From the NCBI GenBank assembly GCA_032128875.1, contig JAVLKG010000007.1, forward strand, positions 160,001 to 224,000: a DNA stretch of 64,000 nt, read 5' to 3'. This document shows, one piece after another, positions 1-10,230 of the stretch. Each line of letters starts with the position of its first letter. The first letter of the stretch is position 1. A program made the translations under genes and the position numbers. Below the pieces are notes generated by a model that was not told the origin of the DNA, did no database searches, and saw only the letters and a list, made by a program, of their open reading frames with translations. The stretch comes from Candidatus Melainabacteria bacterium 17Bon1m. Lineage in GTDB: Bacteria > Cyanobacteriota > Vampirovibrionia > Obscuribacterales > Obscuribacteraceae.

Positions 1-828
1 CGCGAGACGGTCTGTGGCAGCCTGCATGGTCTTCGGCCACATGCGGTGGGTAGAACCGGATGCGTCGAGAACCATGATGACGCGCGCCTTGACGCCGTCG
101 AGCTTGTTCTTCTTGAGCGAAATCGCGGCAGCCTTCTGCAGGCTGAGGAGACGTGAGCCCTTCTTCTCGAGGTCGGCAGTGACTTGATCGACCTTCGAGA
201 GATTGACCTTCTTCGGTGCCGGAGCCGGCGTCGGAGTCGCAGTCGCGGCTGCCGGTGCGGCAGTCGTCGAAGTGGCAGCGGTGGACGTTGTGGTTGCGGC
301 CGGTTCGTCATCGGCAATCGGCACACCAAATGCGGTGGCGATGCCTTTCAGTCCGTTGACGAAGCCTTGAGCGACGTGACGCACTTTCCATGCGCCGTTG
401 CGCTTGTACACCTCAGCGATGATGAAGGCGTTTTCCTTGTCGCCGGACGCGCCGAAGGAGATCAGTTCGTTGGCGCCGTCGAGGATGCTGAAGGTGAGGT
501 CCTTCACTTCCGCGAACGTCTTGGGCGTTTCCGGGTCGATGGTGAGCGTGATGGCGACCTTGTCGACGTCTGCTGGCACATCGGCGAGCGAGATGGTCAG
601 CTCGTGGGTGTAGCCGTCTGCCGCGTTCTTCTTGTCTGCATACTTGACCGAGCCTTCCGGCGAGTTTGGCGCGCCGTAAAAGACGAAGTCGTGCTCGCTG
701 CGCACCTTGCCGGTGGCGTTCAGAAGCAGCGCGGAGAGGTCGGTGTCCGGACCTTTGTGTTTGGCGCGGATGGTGATTTTTGCTGTGGGCAGATTGGCGT
801 TTCCGCCCTTCGGCAATGCTTGTGCCAT
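1..828 (-). CDS. TerD-domain plus vWA-domain stress protein (3' end runs off the window)
   Basis: Absent from the ORF track; read manually from ATG at 828 (SD aaggag): MAQALPKGGNANL...DTDLSALLLNATGKVRSEHDFVFYG...IAEVYKRNGAWKVRHVAQGFVNGLKGIATAFGV (TerD), then an Ala/Thr/Pro linker, then ISLKKNKLDGVKARVIMVLDASGS (vWA MIDAS DxSxS). Confidence 0.85.
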   Translation of the reverse strand, partial: MAQALPKGGNANLPTAKITIRAKHKGPDTDLSALLLNATGKVRSEHDFVFYGAPNSPEGSVKYADKKNAADGYTHELTISLADVPADVDKVAITLTIDPETPKTFAEVKDLTFSILDGANELISFGASGDKENAFIIAEVYKRNGAWKVRHVAQGFVNGLKGIATAFGVPIADDEPAATTTSTAATSTTAAPAAATATPTPAPAPKKVNLSKVDQVTADLEKKGSRLLSLQKAAAISLKKNKLDGVKARVIMVLDASGSTHRMWPKTMQAATDRLA

Positions 829-951
829 ATTTCAATTCGCTCCTTTTTTGAAACGCGCACGAAGGTCTGAACACGAGGGCTCAAACGGTTTTACATGCGC
901 GATTCAGTTCTTGAGTGACCGCAGTTAACTACTGGACGCAGTCAGGTGTTC

Positions 952-1635
952 TTAGGATTTCGACGGCACCTGTGCGCGCACCCATTCGCTGAAAGCGGTG
1001 GGATTGCGCGTTTGCACGAAGAGAGTGCCGGGACCCTTGAAGCGGCAGACGAGCCATTCGCCGCTGGTGGCTGACGAAAACCAGCCAGCCTTCGCGGCCT
1101 TCTCGAGTTTGTACGTCATGGTGTCGGTCCAGGCGACGAGGTGTCCGTTGTCGACGACGAATTCTTCGCCGGCGGGGACATCGATTTCCTGGATCGCACC
1201 GAAGGCAGAGACTGCGATCTTGCCGGAGCCCTGCGTCTTCTGCACGAAGAAGCCGGCGCCGGAGAAGAAGCCTTTGGCGAGGTTCTGCATCGCCGTATCG
1301 ACATCGGCACCACCCATGGCGGCAAGGAAAGCGCCGCGCTGGAGCAGATATTGCTGGCCGGGTTTTACAGTCAGAACCTTGATGTCGCCAGGCAATGACG
1401 GCGCCAGGAGGACCATTCCGTCTTCCTGTTTGGCGGTCAAAACCTGCACGAAAAATTTCTCGCCGGAGAAGGCGCGCTTCAAGCCGCCGAAAAGGCCGCC
1501 ATCCATCTTGCCTTCGACAGTGACTTTGCCACTCATCGCGACCATTGCGTTCGATTCAGCCTTCACAGCTTCGTTCTGTTTCAAGCTGACTTGCAGGAGG
1601 GCACCACTGCCCTCGTGATGAATCTCATGTTCCAT
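952..1635 (-). CDS. AIM24 / TIGR00266 family protein
   Basis: Motifs VKAESNAMVAM, GEKFF, GSGKIAVSAFGAI, VVDNGHLVAW, SGEWLVCRFKGPGTLFVQTRN. Start moved to the ATG at 1635 behind SD caggagg. Confidence 0.9.
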   Translation of the reverse strand: MEHEIHHEGSGALLQVSLKQNEAVKAESNAMVAMSGKVTVEGKMDGGLFGGLKRAFSGEKFFVQVLTAKQEDGMVLLAPSLPGDIKVLTVKPGQQYLLQRGAFLAAMGGADVDTAMQNLAKGFFSGAGFFVQKTQGSGKIAVSAFGAIQEIDVPAGEEFVVDNGHLVAWTDTMTYKLEKAAKAGWFSSATSGEWLVCRFKGPGTLFVQTRNPTAFSEWVRAQVPSKS

Positions 1636-1680
1636 TAGCACCTCCTGGGTGTAGGGGAACGGTTTCGCTTTCTCCAATCC

Positions 1681-1734
1681 GTACGGGAGCCGCATGCGGC
1701 TCCCTGTCAGGGAAAGCGCATGCGCTTGCCGTAC
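1681..1734. repeat. REP-like double-hairpin element
   Basis: gtac-gggagccgcatgcggctccc-tgtcaggg-aaagcgcatgcgcttgcc-gtac; related copies at 12458 and 30456. Confidence 0.7.
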
Positions 1735-1850
1735 GGATGGAAGAGTTCCGCAAAAAGCTCGAAAAGGGGAGAGGCGCAATTGCCCCTCCCCTTGCGAGTT
1801 GCCACTAACAAGTTATCTGAGGTTCTCAGCAGAACCCCAAGCAAAGCTCG

Positions 1851-3998
1851 CTAGTGCTTTTCGCCCAACTGAATCAGCTTCGGTCCGAAGCGATCCAGAT
1901 GTTCTGTATCTTCCGGCGGCATGTCGCCAAGCACGGGTTCGCGCTTGCCGTTTGAGCCATCCGGATACGGATAGATTTCCGACACCTTCTTCGAGACGAG
2001 AGGTGCGGTCACCACGCTGATGTGGTTGCGCGTCAACTCCCAGGGAGTGCGCACGCCGATCGCCTTCAGAATGATGAGCAGGTCTCGCTGCAGCACCATG
2101 TTGTAGTTGGCGGTACGGACGTACTTGTCCTCGGGGTCGAGACCACGACGCAGGCGCGGGTCCTGCGTGGCGATACCAACCGGGCAGTGGTTGGTGTGGC
2201 AGCGCTTCGCCATGATGCAGCCCAGGCCGCCGATCAAGTTGCCGCGGGCGATGTTGACCATGTCGGCACCCATCGCGATTGCGACGGCAACATCAGAACC
2301 TTTGGCGATTTGACCGGAAGCAATCAGCGTCGTCATGTTGCGGACACCGTGCTTGCGCAAGATGTTGTCGACAACAGGAATCGAGTGCAGAATGGGCTCG
2401 CCCATGTGATCCGCCAGAGCCACTGGCGCAGCACCGGTTCCGCCCTCGCCACCATCGATGGTGATGAAGTCGGGACCTTCACCGGTCATGGCCATGAGCT
2501 CGGCAATCTCTTCGATGTGCCGGTCCTGACCAACGACGATCTTGATGCCCACCGGTTTGCCGGTGAGTTCTTGCAGCGCGGTGACGAACTTGAACATGGA
2601 CGGAACATCGCAGAACTCGTCCCAGGCGTTGGGAGAGTAGCAGTCCTTGCCCATGGGGATGTCGCGGAATGCAGCCAGCTCCGGAGTGATCTTCTCCTTC
2701 GGCAGCTTGCCACCCTGACCAGGCTTGGCGCCTTGAGCCAGTTTGATCTCGAACATGACGATCTGATCGTCTTCGGCGAGTTTTCTCACCTTATCGAAGT
2801 CCAAGCCGACGAGCTCGTCCTTGCGAGCCTGATCGAGCAGCATCTCATTGTCGAGCCCGTTCAGGTAGAACTTCTCGGCGACGCGCCGGAGGTCATCCAT
2901 GTCGAACTCGCCCGAATTGACGCCGACGACTCGCAGGCAGTCCTTGAGGGACTTGCGGAAGCCGAACTTGGCAGGACCGATCTGAAGAACGATACGACCG
3001 CCACCGACCACCACAGCCTCGGGCTTGTTCGGACGCACACCGCGGCGAAAGCCGAGGTTCCACTTCACGAGAGCCTTGTAGTAGTGGAAGATTTGGTCGA
3101 TGGTGATGCGCTTGGTGACGCCGTTCAGGTGATACGGAGTCAGACCGCCTTCGCCGGTGAGCATGTGCACGTTGGCCAGCTTCGCACCGGACGATAGAGC
3201 CGCCACAGCTTCAGCCGACAGCGCACCCCAGCTCATGCCGGAGATGTTGATCGGCCACGCGCAGTGGTAGGGCTTGCGACGGTTCTTGCCGATGACGAGC
3301 GGAGGCAAGCGATTGCCGCGGTCCTTCTTTTCCGACACCGGGAACATCTCGTTCAGCAGATGCACTGCACCGACTGCACGCTGGTCGCGGCTGGAGCCGA
3401 AGCCCAGGTTGTAGTTGACGCCTTTGCCGGCGCGGTACATAAAGCGCCGCGTCTCGCGATCGTAAGGTCTTTCCTCCGTGTCGGACATGAACCAGTACTG
3501 GCGAAGCTCATCACCGATGAGCTCGAAGCCATAACGGCACCAGCCGAGAACGGGGAAGTTGCGGCGGATTGCATGCTTGCGTTGCAGGTAGAAGTCGTCG
3601 ATGCCGACGAGCGCCAGGAACGCAATCAGACCGAAGATCAGCCCGGTCATCGGGTTGAAGTAGTGCCAGCCGCAGAACCAGGCAACGATCGTGCCGGTCA
3701 GGGCGAGCGGAAGCAGAACGCTTCGCTTCAACGTGAATTCGAATACCGCCAGTTGAACGAGGAATGCCAGAAGGGCAGTCAGAACCGCCGCGGGCAAACC
3801 GAGATAGTATCCGGCAATCAAGCCGGCGATGAGCGAGCCTGAAGCAAGCGCATGCTTGTGCTTCTTCAGGTCATGGATTGCGAACACTGATAGCGCGCCC
3901 AAAAGCGTGAACACGAGTGCCAGTGAATGACCACCCTGCGTCCAGCCAAAGAGACCTGCCAGCAGCGCCGTAACGATTGTGGCGAGAGTCCAGAACAT
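1851..3998 (-). CDS. FMN-binding glutamate synthase family protein with N-terminal transmembrane helices
   Basis: ISGMSWGALS, TGEGG, EIKLAQGAKPGQGGKLP, DFITIDGGEGGTGAAP and the Fe-S motif CIMAKRCHTNHCPVG. About 130 aa of hydrophobic N-terminus; SD aaggag. Confidence 0.9.
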   Translation of the reverse strand: MFWTLATIVTALLAGLFGWTQGGHSLALVFTLLGALSVFAIHDLKKHKHALASGSLIAGLIAGYYLGLPAAVLTALLAFLVQLAVFEFTLKRSVLLPLALTGTIVAWFCGWHYFNPMTGLIFGLIAFLALVGIDDFYLQRKHAIRRNFPVLGWCRYGFELIGDELRQYWFMSDTEERPYDRETRRFMYRAGKGVNYNLGFGSSRDQRAVGAVHLLNEMFPVSEKKDRGNRLPPLVIGKNRRKPYHCAWPINISGMSWGALSAEAVAALSSGAKLANVHMLTGEGGLTPYHLNGVTKRITIDQIFHYYKALVKWNLGFRRGVRPNKPEAVVVGGGRIVLQIGPAKFGFRKSLKDCLRVVGVNSGEFDMDDLRRVAEKFYLNGLDNEMLLDQARKDELVGLDFDKVRKLAEDDQIVMFEIKLAQGAKPGQGGKLPKEKITPELAAFRDIPMGKDCYSPNAWDEFCDVPSMFKFVTALQELTGKPVGIKIVVGQDRHIEEIAELMAMTGEGPDFITIDGGEGGTGAAPVALADHMGEPILHSIPVVDNILRKHGVRNMTTLIASGQIAKGSDVAVAIAMGADMVNIARGNLIGGLGCIMAKRCHTNHCPVGIATQDPRLRRGLDPEDKYVRTANYNMVLQRDLLIILKAIGVRTPWELTRNHISVVTAPLVSKKVSEIYPYPDGSNGKREPVLGDMPPEDTEHLDRFGPKLIQLGEKH

Positions 3999-4423
3999 GG
4001 TGATTGTCTCCTTGAATTAAAGGTCGGTGCGCTAAGAGATTTGTGGGTCGCATTGCATGCGACCTTCTCTTGCTCCAACCCGTATCCAGAATGGTGATGC
4101 TGTCTCGGTTTCGCCGCGCACACACTAGATGTGCACGAACCGCAGACCCGGCACCACCCGTAGTACCGTTCGAGACTTGCCGGCGTCGAACCTGGTGAAA
4201 AGCGCAAGCGCTTCCACACGAAAGTCGTGGCGTCAGCAAGAATGAGGAATGCACAGTGTGCAGTCCCATATGTAGAGCTGTGTGAAACGGCTTGCGGGGA
4301 GCGTTTCACTGCAGGTTTGCTAGACCTGCAAGAGGATTTGTTGAGCGTGCAACCCGAATTTGCTCACGAAACAGGGGAGCCGCGAGTGGCGGCCCCCCTG
4401 TTTTTGAGCGTGAAACGGGTTGT

Positions 4424-4852
4424 CTACGCCGCCTGAGCCGAGGTCATTTCGACCTCGATGAGGATGACGCGCTCAGGCATCGAGTCCCAGGTTTCTGGTC
4501 CGATGCCGAGATAGCCGGCCAGGCTATATGAGTCGAAAAGGCGGCACCACTCTTCTCGGGTGCAGCGCTCCTCTTCCCATTCGCGGTCTTCGATGGCGGC
4601 GTTGAGTCCGTCCCAGCCGGAGCCCTTTTCGCTTGCCGATTTGACGCGGAAGGGCGCGGTGCGGTTCATTGCTTCGACGCAACACGCTCGCGCGCAGTGC
4701 TCGTGCGAACGCGTGTGGAGGTCGCGCTCGTGGAGCACGACTTCGTCCCCGAGGTTGGGGATGGCGTTCGCTTCGGCGAGCCGGCATTCGAAAAGGCGAT
4801 CGCCCATAGCGAAAAGGAGGGCGATTTTGACTTGGGATGCGGTTTGGCTCAT
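4424..4852 (-). CDS. Hypothetical protein, possibly ASCH/PUA-like
   Basis: 142 aa, SD gagg. GDRLFECRL...NLGDEVVLHE loosely resembles the ASCH GxKxxExR...GD pattern. Flanked by GC hairpins near 4375 and 5076. Confidence 0.55.
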   Translation of the reverse strand: MSQTASQVKIALLFAMGDRLFECRLAEANAIPNLGDEVVLHERDLHTRSHEHCARACCVEAMNRTAPFRVKSASEKGSGWDGLNAAIEDREWEEERCTREEWCRLFDSYSLAGYLGIGPETWDSMPERVILIEVEMTSAQAA

Positions 4853-5152
4853 TTATGCCTCTTGGGTTTTGGTTGCTATTTGCAGAGCCTTCTTTTTTGA
4901 GAACGCGCCTGCGTGAAAACAACCGTGCACACAAAACCATGATGCACAGCTGTTTGACGCGCGAAGGTTAGAACGTTTCACGTTCTTCTGCGCGCGGTGA
5001 TACGTGAACTGCGGTATTTCCTCACATGTGCGTGGGAGAAAATACCGCAATTCACGCGCGAAAAGAAACTGCAAGGGGAGCCCGTCTCCGGGCCCCCCTT
5101 ACAGCAAACTACGATGTAGAAGCGGCGAGAACTTTCGTCCTCGCCGTTTCCG

Positions 5153-7801
5153 TTAGGCCTTTGCCGAAGCCAGAGCCTTCGCCGACGACTCGAGGTACGA
5201 GGTCAGCTTGGGCGTCTCGCTTTCGCGCAGACCGACGTTGACGCTGAGGCGCTCGATCATCTGAGCGACCGCCATGTCACCTTCCTTCACCTTGTTCTTG
5301 GTGAAGAAGTCCACGACCTCGGCCTGCAGCTCCGGAGTGTCCAGAGCCGAGCAAGCAGACACCATGCGGGGCACGGCGTTGTCGGGGTAGGTGGCGACGA
5401 TCTTGGTCCAGTTGTCGCGCATGAAGTCCCACGCGGTTTCACCCGCATGCTCCGAGCCGATGATGCCGGCCAGGATGAAGGGAGCGTCCTGCGTGCGGAT
5501 CTCGCCGGAGAGGGTCATCTCGATGGCCTTCTTGTAGAGGCCTTCCTCGCGGAAGTTGCCGAGCGCTCCGAGGAAGCGCAGCTTCTCCTGCGTGGTGGGA
5601 GCCTTCTCCGCCAGCGCCAGGAACTCGTCGAAACGAGCCTGATCGCCGATGTACGACAGCGTGCCGATCAGCGCGGGAACGACGTTGGGGTCGACCGAGT
5701 TGCGATCGGCCTTCCACTTGTCGAACTGCACAGCGGCTTCCTTGCGGATGTCCTTGTCGGAACCGACGGTGCTCAGAAGACCGATAAGCTGGCCACGCAG
5801 CTGAAGCGTGTGCACCGACTCACCTTCCTTGGGCGTCCAGCCGAGCTTGTCGAAGACCGGGCGAACGGTCTCGCGGATGGCGGCCTTGAACGCCTGGCGA
5901 TGGTCGCCGGACGTCAGACCATAGACGGTCTTGAGCGCGCCCGAGATGACCGCCCAGACGTTGGCGTCGGTCTCGGTCGAGAAGCTCTTCACGAGCTCCA
6001 GGTACTCGGTCGCCGTCATCGAGTTCTCGCTGCGCGCACGCACCGAAGCCCACGAGTCGTTGACGAGGTTGAAGCGCTCGATGATCTGCAGCGTGTTCTG
6101 CACGTCAGCCAGAAGCTTTCCGCGCAGCCCGTCGCTGTAGTCGACGCGGTAGAAGCCCGAGCCGCCGGCATTGAGCACGACGTAGTCGAGCGGCTTGTCG
6201 CTGAGGGTCAGGGTCGTCGAGCCCTCGTTGACGAGGACCTTCTGCTCGACCACTTCGCCACCCGCCGAGAAGCGGATGTGCAGCGGCAGCGGCCAGACGT
6301 CCTTGTCGCCCGCGGGCAGGAACTGGAACTTGCTCTGGCTCACCTTGATGGTGCCCGGCTTGTCGCCTTCCGAGACGGAGACGACCGGGTGACCGGCAGT
6401 CTTCCACCAGAAGTCCATGAGCATGCGGACCGGGATGTCCTTGCCGTCGACCTTGGCGCCTTCCTCCAGCGCGTCCCACAGCTGCGAAACGGTGGCATTG
6501 GCCAGGGCGTGGCGCTGGAAGTAGATGCGCATGCCGGTGCGGAAGGTGTTGAAGCCGGCGAACTGGATGTACTGGAAGAGCAGCGAGCCGCCCTTTTCGT
6601 ACGTGATGGTGTCGAAGAACTGCTGGATGTCATCCGGGTGGCTGACAGGGATTTCGACAGCGTGAGTGGACTTCAGCGAGTCGAGCGCGAAGGCGCCGGC
6701 ACGGTCGATGCCGAACTCGTTGTAGACGTGCCACTCGGGGAACATGTCGTTCATGGCCAGGTAGGCCATGATGGTGGCGAACGACTCGTTCAGGCCCAGG
6801 CCGTCCCAGTCGTCCATGGTCACCTCGTTGCCGTTCCACTGGTGAGCCAGCTCGTGCAGGATGACTTCGCAGACCCGCGCCAGTTCGGCGTAGGAAGCGG
6901 TCTTCTTGTTGACGAGCAGCGCCGTGTCACGGTACGTGATCAGGCCGGTGTTCTCCATGGCGCCCGACGCGAAGTCGGGAATCGCGATCATGTCGATCTT
7001 GTCGCCGCCGAAATACGGACGGTTGAAGAAGTCTTCGTACCACTTGACGCCGAAGGCGCCGCACTCGAGCGCGAACTCCTTGAGGTGGTTCTTGCCCGGG
7101 ATGGACCAGATACGAATTTCCTTGCCGTTCTGCCACACCGGCTCAGACGACTCGAACTCGCCGACGCAGAACGCGACGAGATAGGTCGACATGATGGGGG
7201 TGCGAGCGTAGGTGACGATCTTCTTGCCGTTGCCCAGCTTTTCGGTCTTGATGTCGCGACCGTTGGAGAGAGCCGTGAGGTTCTCGTCGACGATCAGCTG
7301 AACATCGTACGTAGCCTTCATCGCCGGCTCGTCGAAGCACGGGAATGCCTGACGCGCGTCGGTCGACTCGAACTGCGTGGTGTAGATGTTGTGAGTCTCG
7401 CCGGCCTCGTCCTTCCACTGGCTGAGGTAGAAACCCTTCAGCTTCGTGTTGTGGATGCCGGTGAAGCTCATCTCGAGCTTGCCCTTGCCCGTCGGAACGA
7501 TGCCATTGAAAGTGATGATGGCGAACTCGTTCTTGGGGTCGAGCGTGACGGTGCCCTCGAGGCGCTTGCCCTTCTTGGTGACGAAGGAGGCGCTGTGGAT
7601 CTCGAGGTTTGCAGAGTGCAGAACGATGCGGTCGGTGGAGTGAAGGACGTTGACCTTCACTTCTTCACGGCCGGTGAACTTGTAGACCACGTCCTCGTTG
7701 TCGCCGGTCTTGGTCGTAACCTTGATGCCAGGCGTGAGCGTGATCTTGTAGTTGATGGGCTTGACGTGCTTGGGCAGACGGAATTCCTTCTGCTTGGACA
7801 C
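5153..7801 (-). CDS. pepN: M1 family aminopeptidase (PepN/puromycin-sensitive type, ERAP1-like C-terminal domain)
   Basis: TQFESTDARQAFPCFDEP, GAMEN, HELAHQW-x-NESFA, ITYEKG. Likely GTG start at 7801. Confidence 0.93.
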   Translation of the reverse strand: MSKQKEFRLPKHVKPINYKITLTPGIKVTTKTGDNEDVVYKFTGREEVKVNVLHSTDRIVLHSANLEIHSASFVTKKGKRLEGTVTLDPKNEFAIITFNGIVPTGKGKLEMSFTGIHNTKLKGFYLSQWKDEAGETHNIYTTQFESTDARQAFPCFDEPAMKATYDVQLIVDENLTALSNGRDIKTEKLGNGKKIVTYARTPIMSTYLVAFCVGEFESSEPVWQNGKEIRIWSIPGKNHLKEFALECGAFGVKWYEDFFNRPYFGGDKIDMIAIPDFASGAMENTGLITYRDTALLVNKKTASYAELARVCEVILHELAHQWNGNEVTMDDWDGLGLNESFATIMAYLAMNDMFPEWHVYNEFGIDRAGAFALDSLKSTHAVEIPVSHPDDIQQFFDTITYEKGGSLLFQYIQFAGFNTFRTGMRIYFQRHALANATVSQLWDALEEGAKVDGKDIPVRMLMDFWWKTAGHPVVSVSEGDKPGTIKVSQSKFQFLPAGDKDVWPLPLHIRFSAGGEVVEQKVLVNEGSTTLTLSDKPLDYVVLNAGGSGFYRVDYSDGLRGKLLADVQNTLQIIERFNLVNDSWASVRARSENSMTATEYLELVKSFSTETDANVWAVISGALKTVYGLTSGDHRQAFKAAIRETVRPVFDKLGWTPKEGESVHTLQLRGQLIGLLSTVGSDKDIRKEAAVQFDKWKADRNSVDPNVVPALIGTLSYIGDQARFDEFLALAEKAPTTQEKLRFLGALGNFREEGLYKKAIEMTLSGEIRTQDAPFILAGIIGSEHAGETAWDFMRDNWTKIVATYPDNAVPRMVSACSALDTPELQAEVVDFFTKNKVKEGDMAVAQMIERLSVNVGLRESETPKLTSYLESSAKALASAKA

Positions 7802-8904
7802 GGAGAGCCCCTTACTGTGAAGCATGCACATATTTGACTCCGATCATGTTTTGTTGCTGCGTGTGAGGCAGCGGACCTTGGAGATGGAAGAAAACCCTTC
7901 CTTGAACGCCGTTGGCGTTCTGAACGAGACACACCATTGTGTCGTGCGTTCCCGGTTTGCACTTGCGCGCATTCCAATTCCGACCACTTCTTTAACTGGT
8001 GATCATAACTACTTTGGAATCTGATTGCCTTATATGACCGGTGACGGGCGCACGACAAAATGTCGGATGCACGCGCACGGAAACTCAGGCGGACAGATGC
8101 TTGTAGTTAAGGACCAGAAAAAAAATCGAAGGAATAAGGGATCTAGAAACTATTACTGAGAGTTCTTGATAATCAAATCAAAGCTGCTTAATAAGATCCG
8201 TTGGCGCTTTAGCGAAATCAGCAAAGCTCGCGAAACCTTGATGTCAAGCGGTTGTGTGATCTGGTTTGTGATAATTGCCAAGAGGACAAAGAAAGGGTTT
8301 GCTATCTGCGCGAGTCGCTAAAAGAACAGCATCAAAACCCGCGAAAAATCAAGTTGTCAACAATTTTCACAAAGCACGCTATATGCAACACATGTCCAGC
8401 GCTAATTGCGCAGATTACAACACTAGATACTTAGAAGCAGAAATCATGAGCTTTCTGACTTTTCACTAAAATTTTCTACTGACAACCACATATGCTGCTT
8501 TTTATTCTCTTCAGTTGAGAACTCAGTGATGTCACGGGTAGTGTCAACACCTAACTTCTTTCTTTTCGATTCAACACACAAGGCACCAAAAACCTACCCG
8601 CGCCCGGCTAACAGTTCATCTCTCTCAGGCTCTTCGCCCGAGGAGTGGTACCGCGCGCGGTGTGTTGTAAAGAGATAGAAGTTTGTCAAGCGGCTTGGTG
8701 ATAAGCAGCTAGCGCATCCAGCTAACGCAAAGGCTTCAGTCTCGGCGTTGGTTCTGCCCTGCTGTTTCGCCAACCGCTCCAACTGTCCGCCGTGCACTTC
8801 TTCTCTTCTCGAGAGGAAAAGGTGCGCGGTTTTTTTTTCGCAGCTACCCCAGCTGTCCAAACCATCGATCCAAGCACTGCTTGGAAGAGTTAGGGAGACC
8901 TTAA

Positions 8905-9930
8905 ATGAAACGTTCTCGTTCCCACCAGGGAATCATTCCCCCGTACGTCCTGCTGCACCTCTCGAATGCCTTCCCGGATGACCCGTCGTACCTCTGGACG
9001 CTCGACGAAACCCGGAAGATGCACCTCAAGGGTCTGCGCAACGTCGTGCGCTACCGCCTTTCCAACGGCAAGTCGGAAGTGCAGATCTACGACTGCAAGA
9101 ACTCCACTCGTCTGCCGGGCACCCGCGCCCGCTTCGAGCAGGACAAGGCAGTCGCCGACAACATCGTCAACATCGCCTTCGACTACCACGCCGCCGTCCG
9201 CGACTTCCTGAAGAAGGAGTTCGGCGTCGACTCGTACGACGGCAAGGGCGGCAACCTCATCGGTTCTGTCCATTACGGCTACAAGTACAACAACGCCTTC
9301 AACAACGGTCGCCAGATGGCCTACGGCGACGGCGACGGCAAGGTGTTCAAGACCTTCGTCCTGCTGGACGTTGCCGGCCACGAGTTCTTCCACGGCGTCA
9401 CCGGCCAGTTCTCGGGCCTCGAGTACTACGGTGAGAGCGGCGCGCTGAACGAGTCCATCTCGGACGTGTTCGGTGTCATGCTGCGCCAGTGGCTGAACAA
9501 CCTCACCGTCGACCAGGACTCCTGGCTCGTCGGCCCCGGCCTGTTCGTCGACCCGAAGCAGCGCGCTCTGCGTGACATGCTCAACCCGGGCACGGCCTAC
9601 AACGACGCCAACATCGGCAAGGACCCGCAGCCCGATCACTACGATCGTCGCTACAAGGGCTCGTCCGACAACGGCGGCGTCCACATCAACTCCGGCATCC
9701 CGAACAAGGCGTTCGCCACGTTCGCGCGTTCGCTGGGCGGTTACGCCTGGAAGAGCGCTGCCGGCAAGATCTGGAACGAGGCCAACACCGGCGCTCGCCA
9801 CGTGAAGTCGGACTGCGACTTCCACACCTTCGCTCAGACCACTGTCGACATCTGCCGCACCGACTACGATGCGGAGACGACCGACAAGCTGATCGCGGCG
9901 TGGAAGCTCGTCGGCATCAAGACGAAGTAA
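8905..9930 (+). CDS. M4 family metallopeptidase, protealysin-like
   Basis: Short propeptide IIPPYVL; NNAF, HEFFHG, GALNESISD, DNGGVHINSGIPN. No signal peptide. Confidence 0.93.
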   Translation: MKRSRSHQGIIPPYVLLHLSNAFPDDPSYLWTLDETRKMHLKGLRNVVRYRLSNGKSEVQIYDCKNSTRLPGTRARFEQDKAVADNIVNIAFDYHAAVRDFLKKEFGVDSYDGKGGNLIGSVHYGYKYNNAFNNGRQMAYGDGDGKVFKTFVLLDVAGHEFFHGVTGQFSGLEYYGESGALNESISDVFGVMLRQWLNNLTVDQDSWLVGPGLFVDPKQRALRDMLNPGTAYNDANIGKDPQPDHYDRRYKGSSDNGGVHINSGIPNKAFATFARSLGGYAWKSAAGKIWNEANTGARHVKSDCDFHTFAQTTVDICRTDYDAETTDKLIAAWKLVGIKTK

Positions 9931-10230
9931 TTCTTCGTCTCATCTGAATCAGCTCGGGGGCGGGGTTTCGCTCGTGGGGGCACCGTTTCTGTCGGGAGGA
10001 TGCCATGCATCACCCGCTGAAGCCCCTGCGTAGCTTCCTCGCCCCCGAGTATCTATCTTGTTCGATTGGCATCGCAGCGACGCGTTTTCGCTGTGATTTC
10101 CAGCACCGCTACGTTTGTGCGTATGCGGCTTTTTTGCAAAATCGAATCTTTCTCATAACGAGTGCTCCAACTTCTGGAGCGCTCCTCACCACGAAAGAAG
10201 AGTCCTCTGGGACTCTAAAAGGAGCTCAAC

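Noticed and set aside
7840-8900. 1-kb AT-rich intergenic region and its short ORFs
   Set aside because: No RNA-gene motifs, repeats or coding bias; consistent with divergent promoters.
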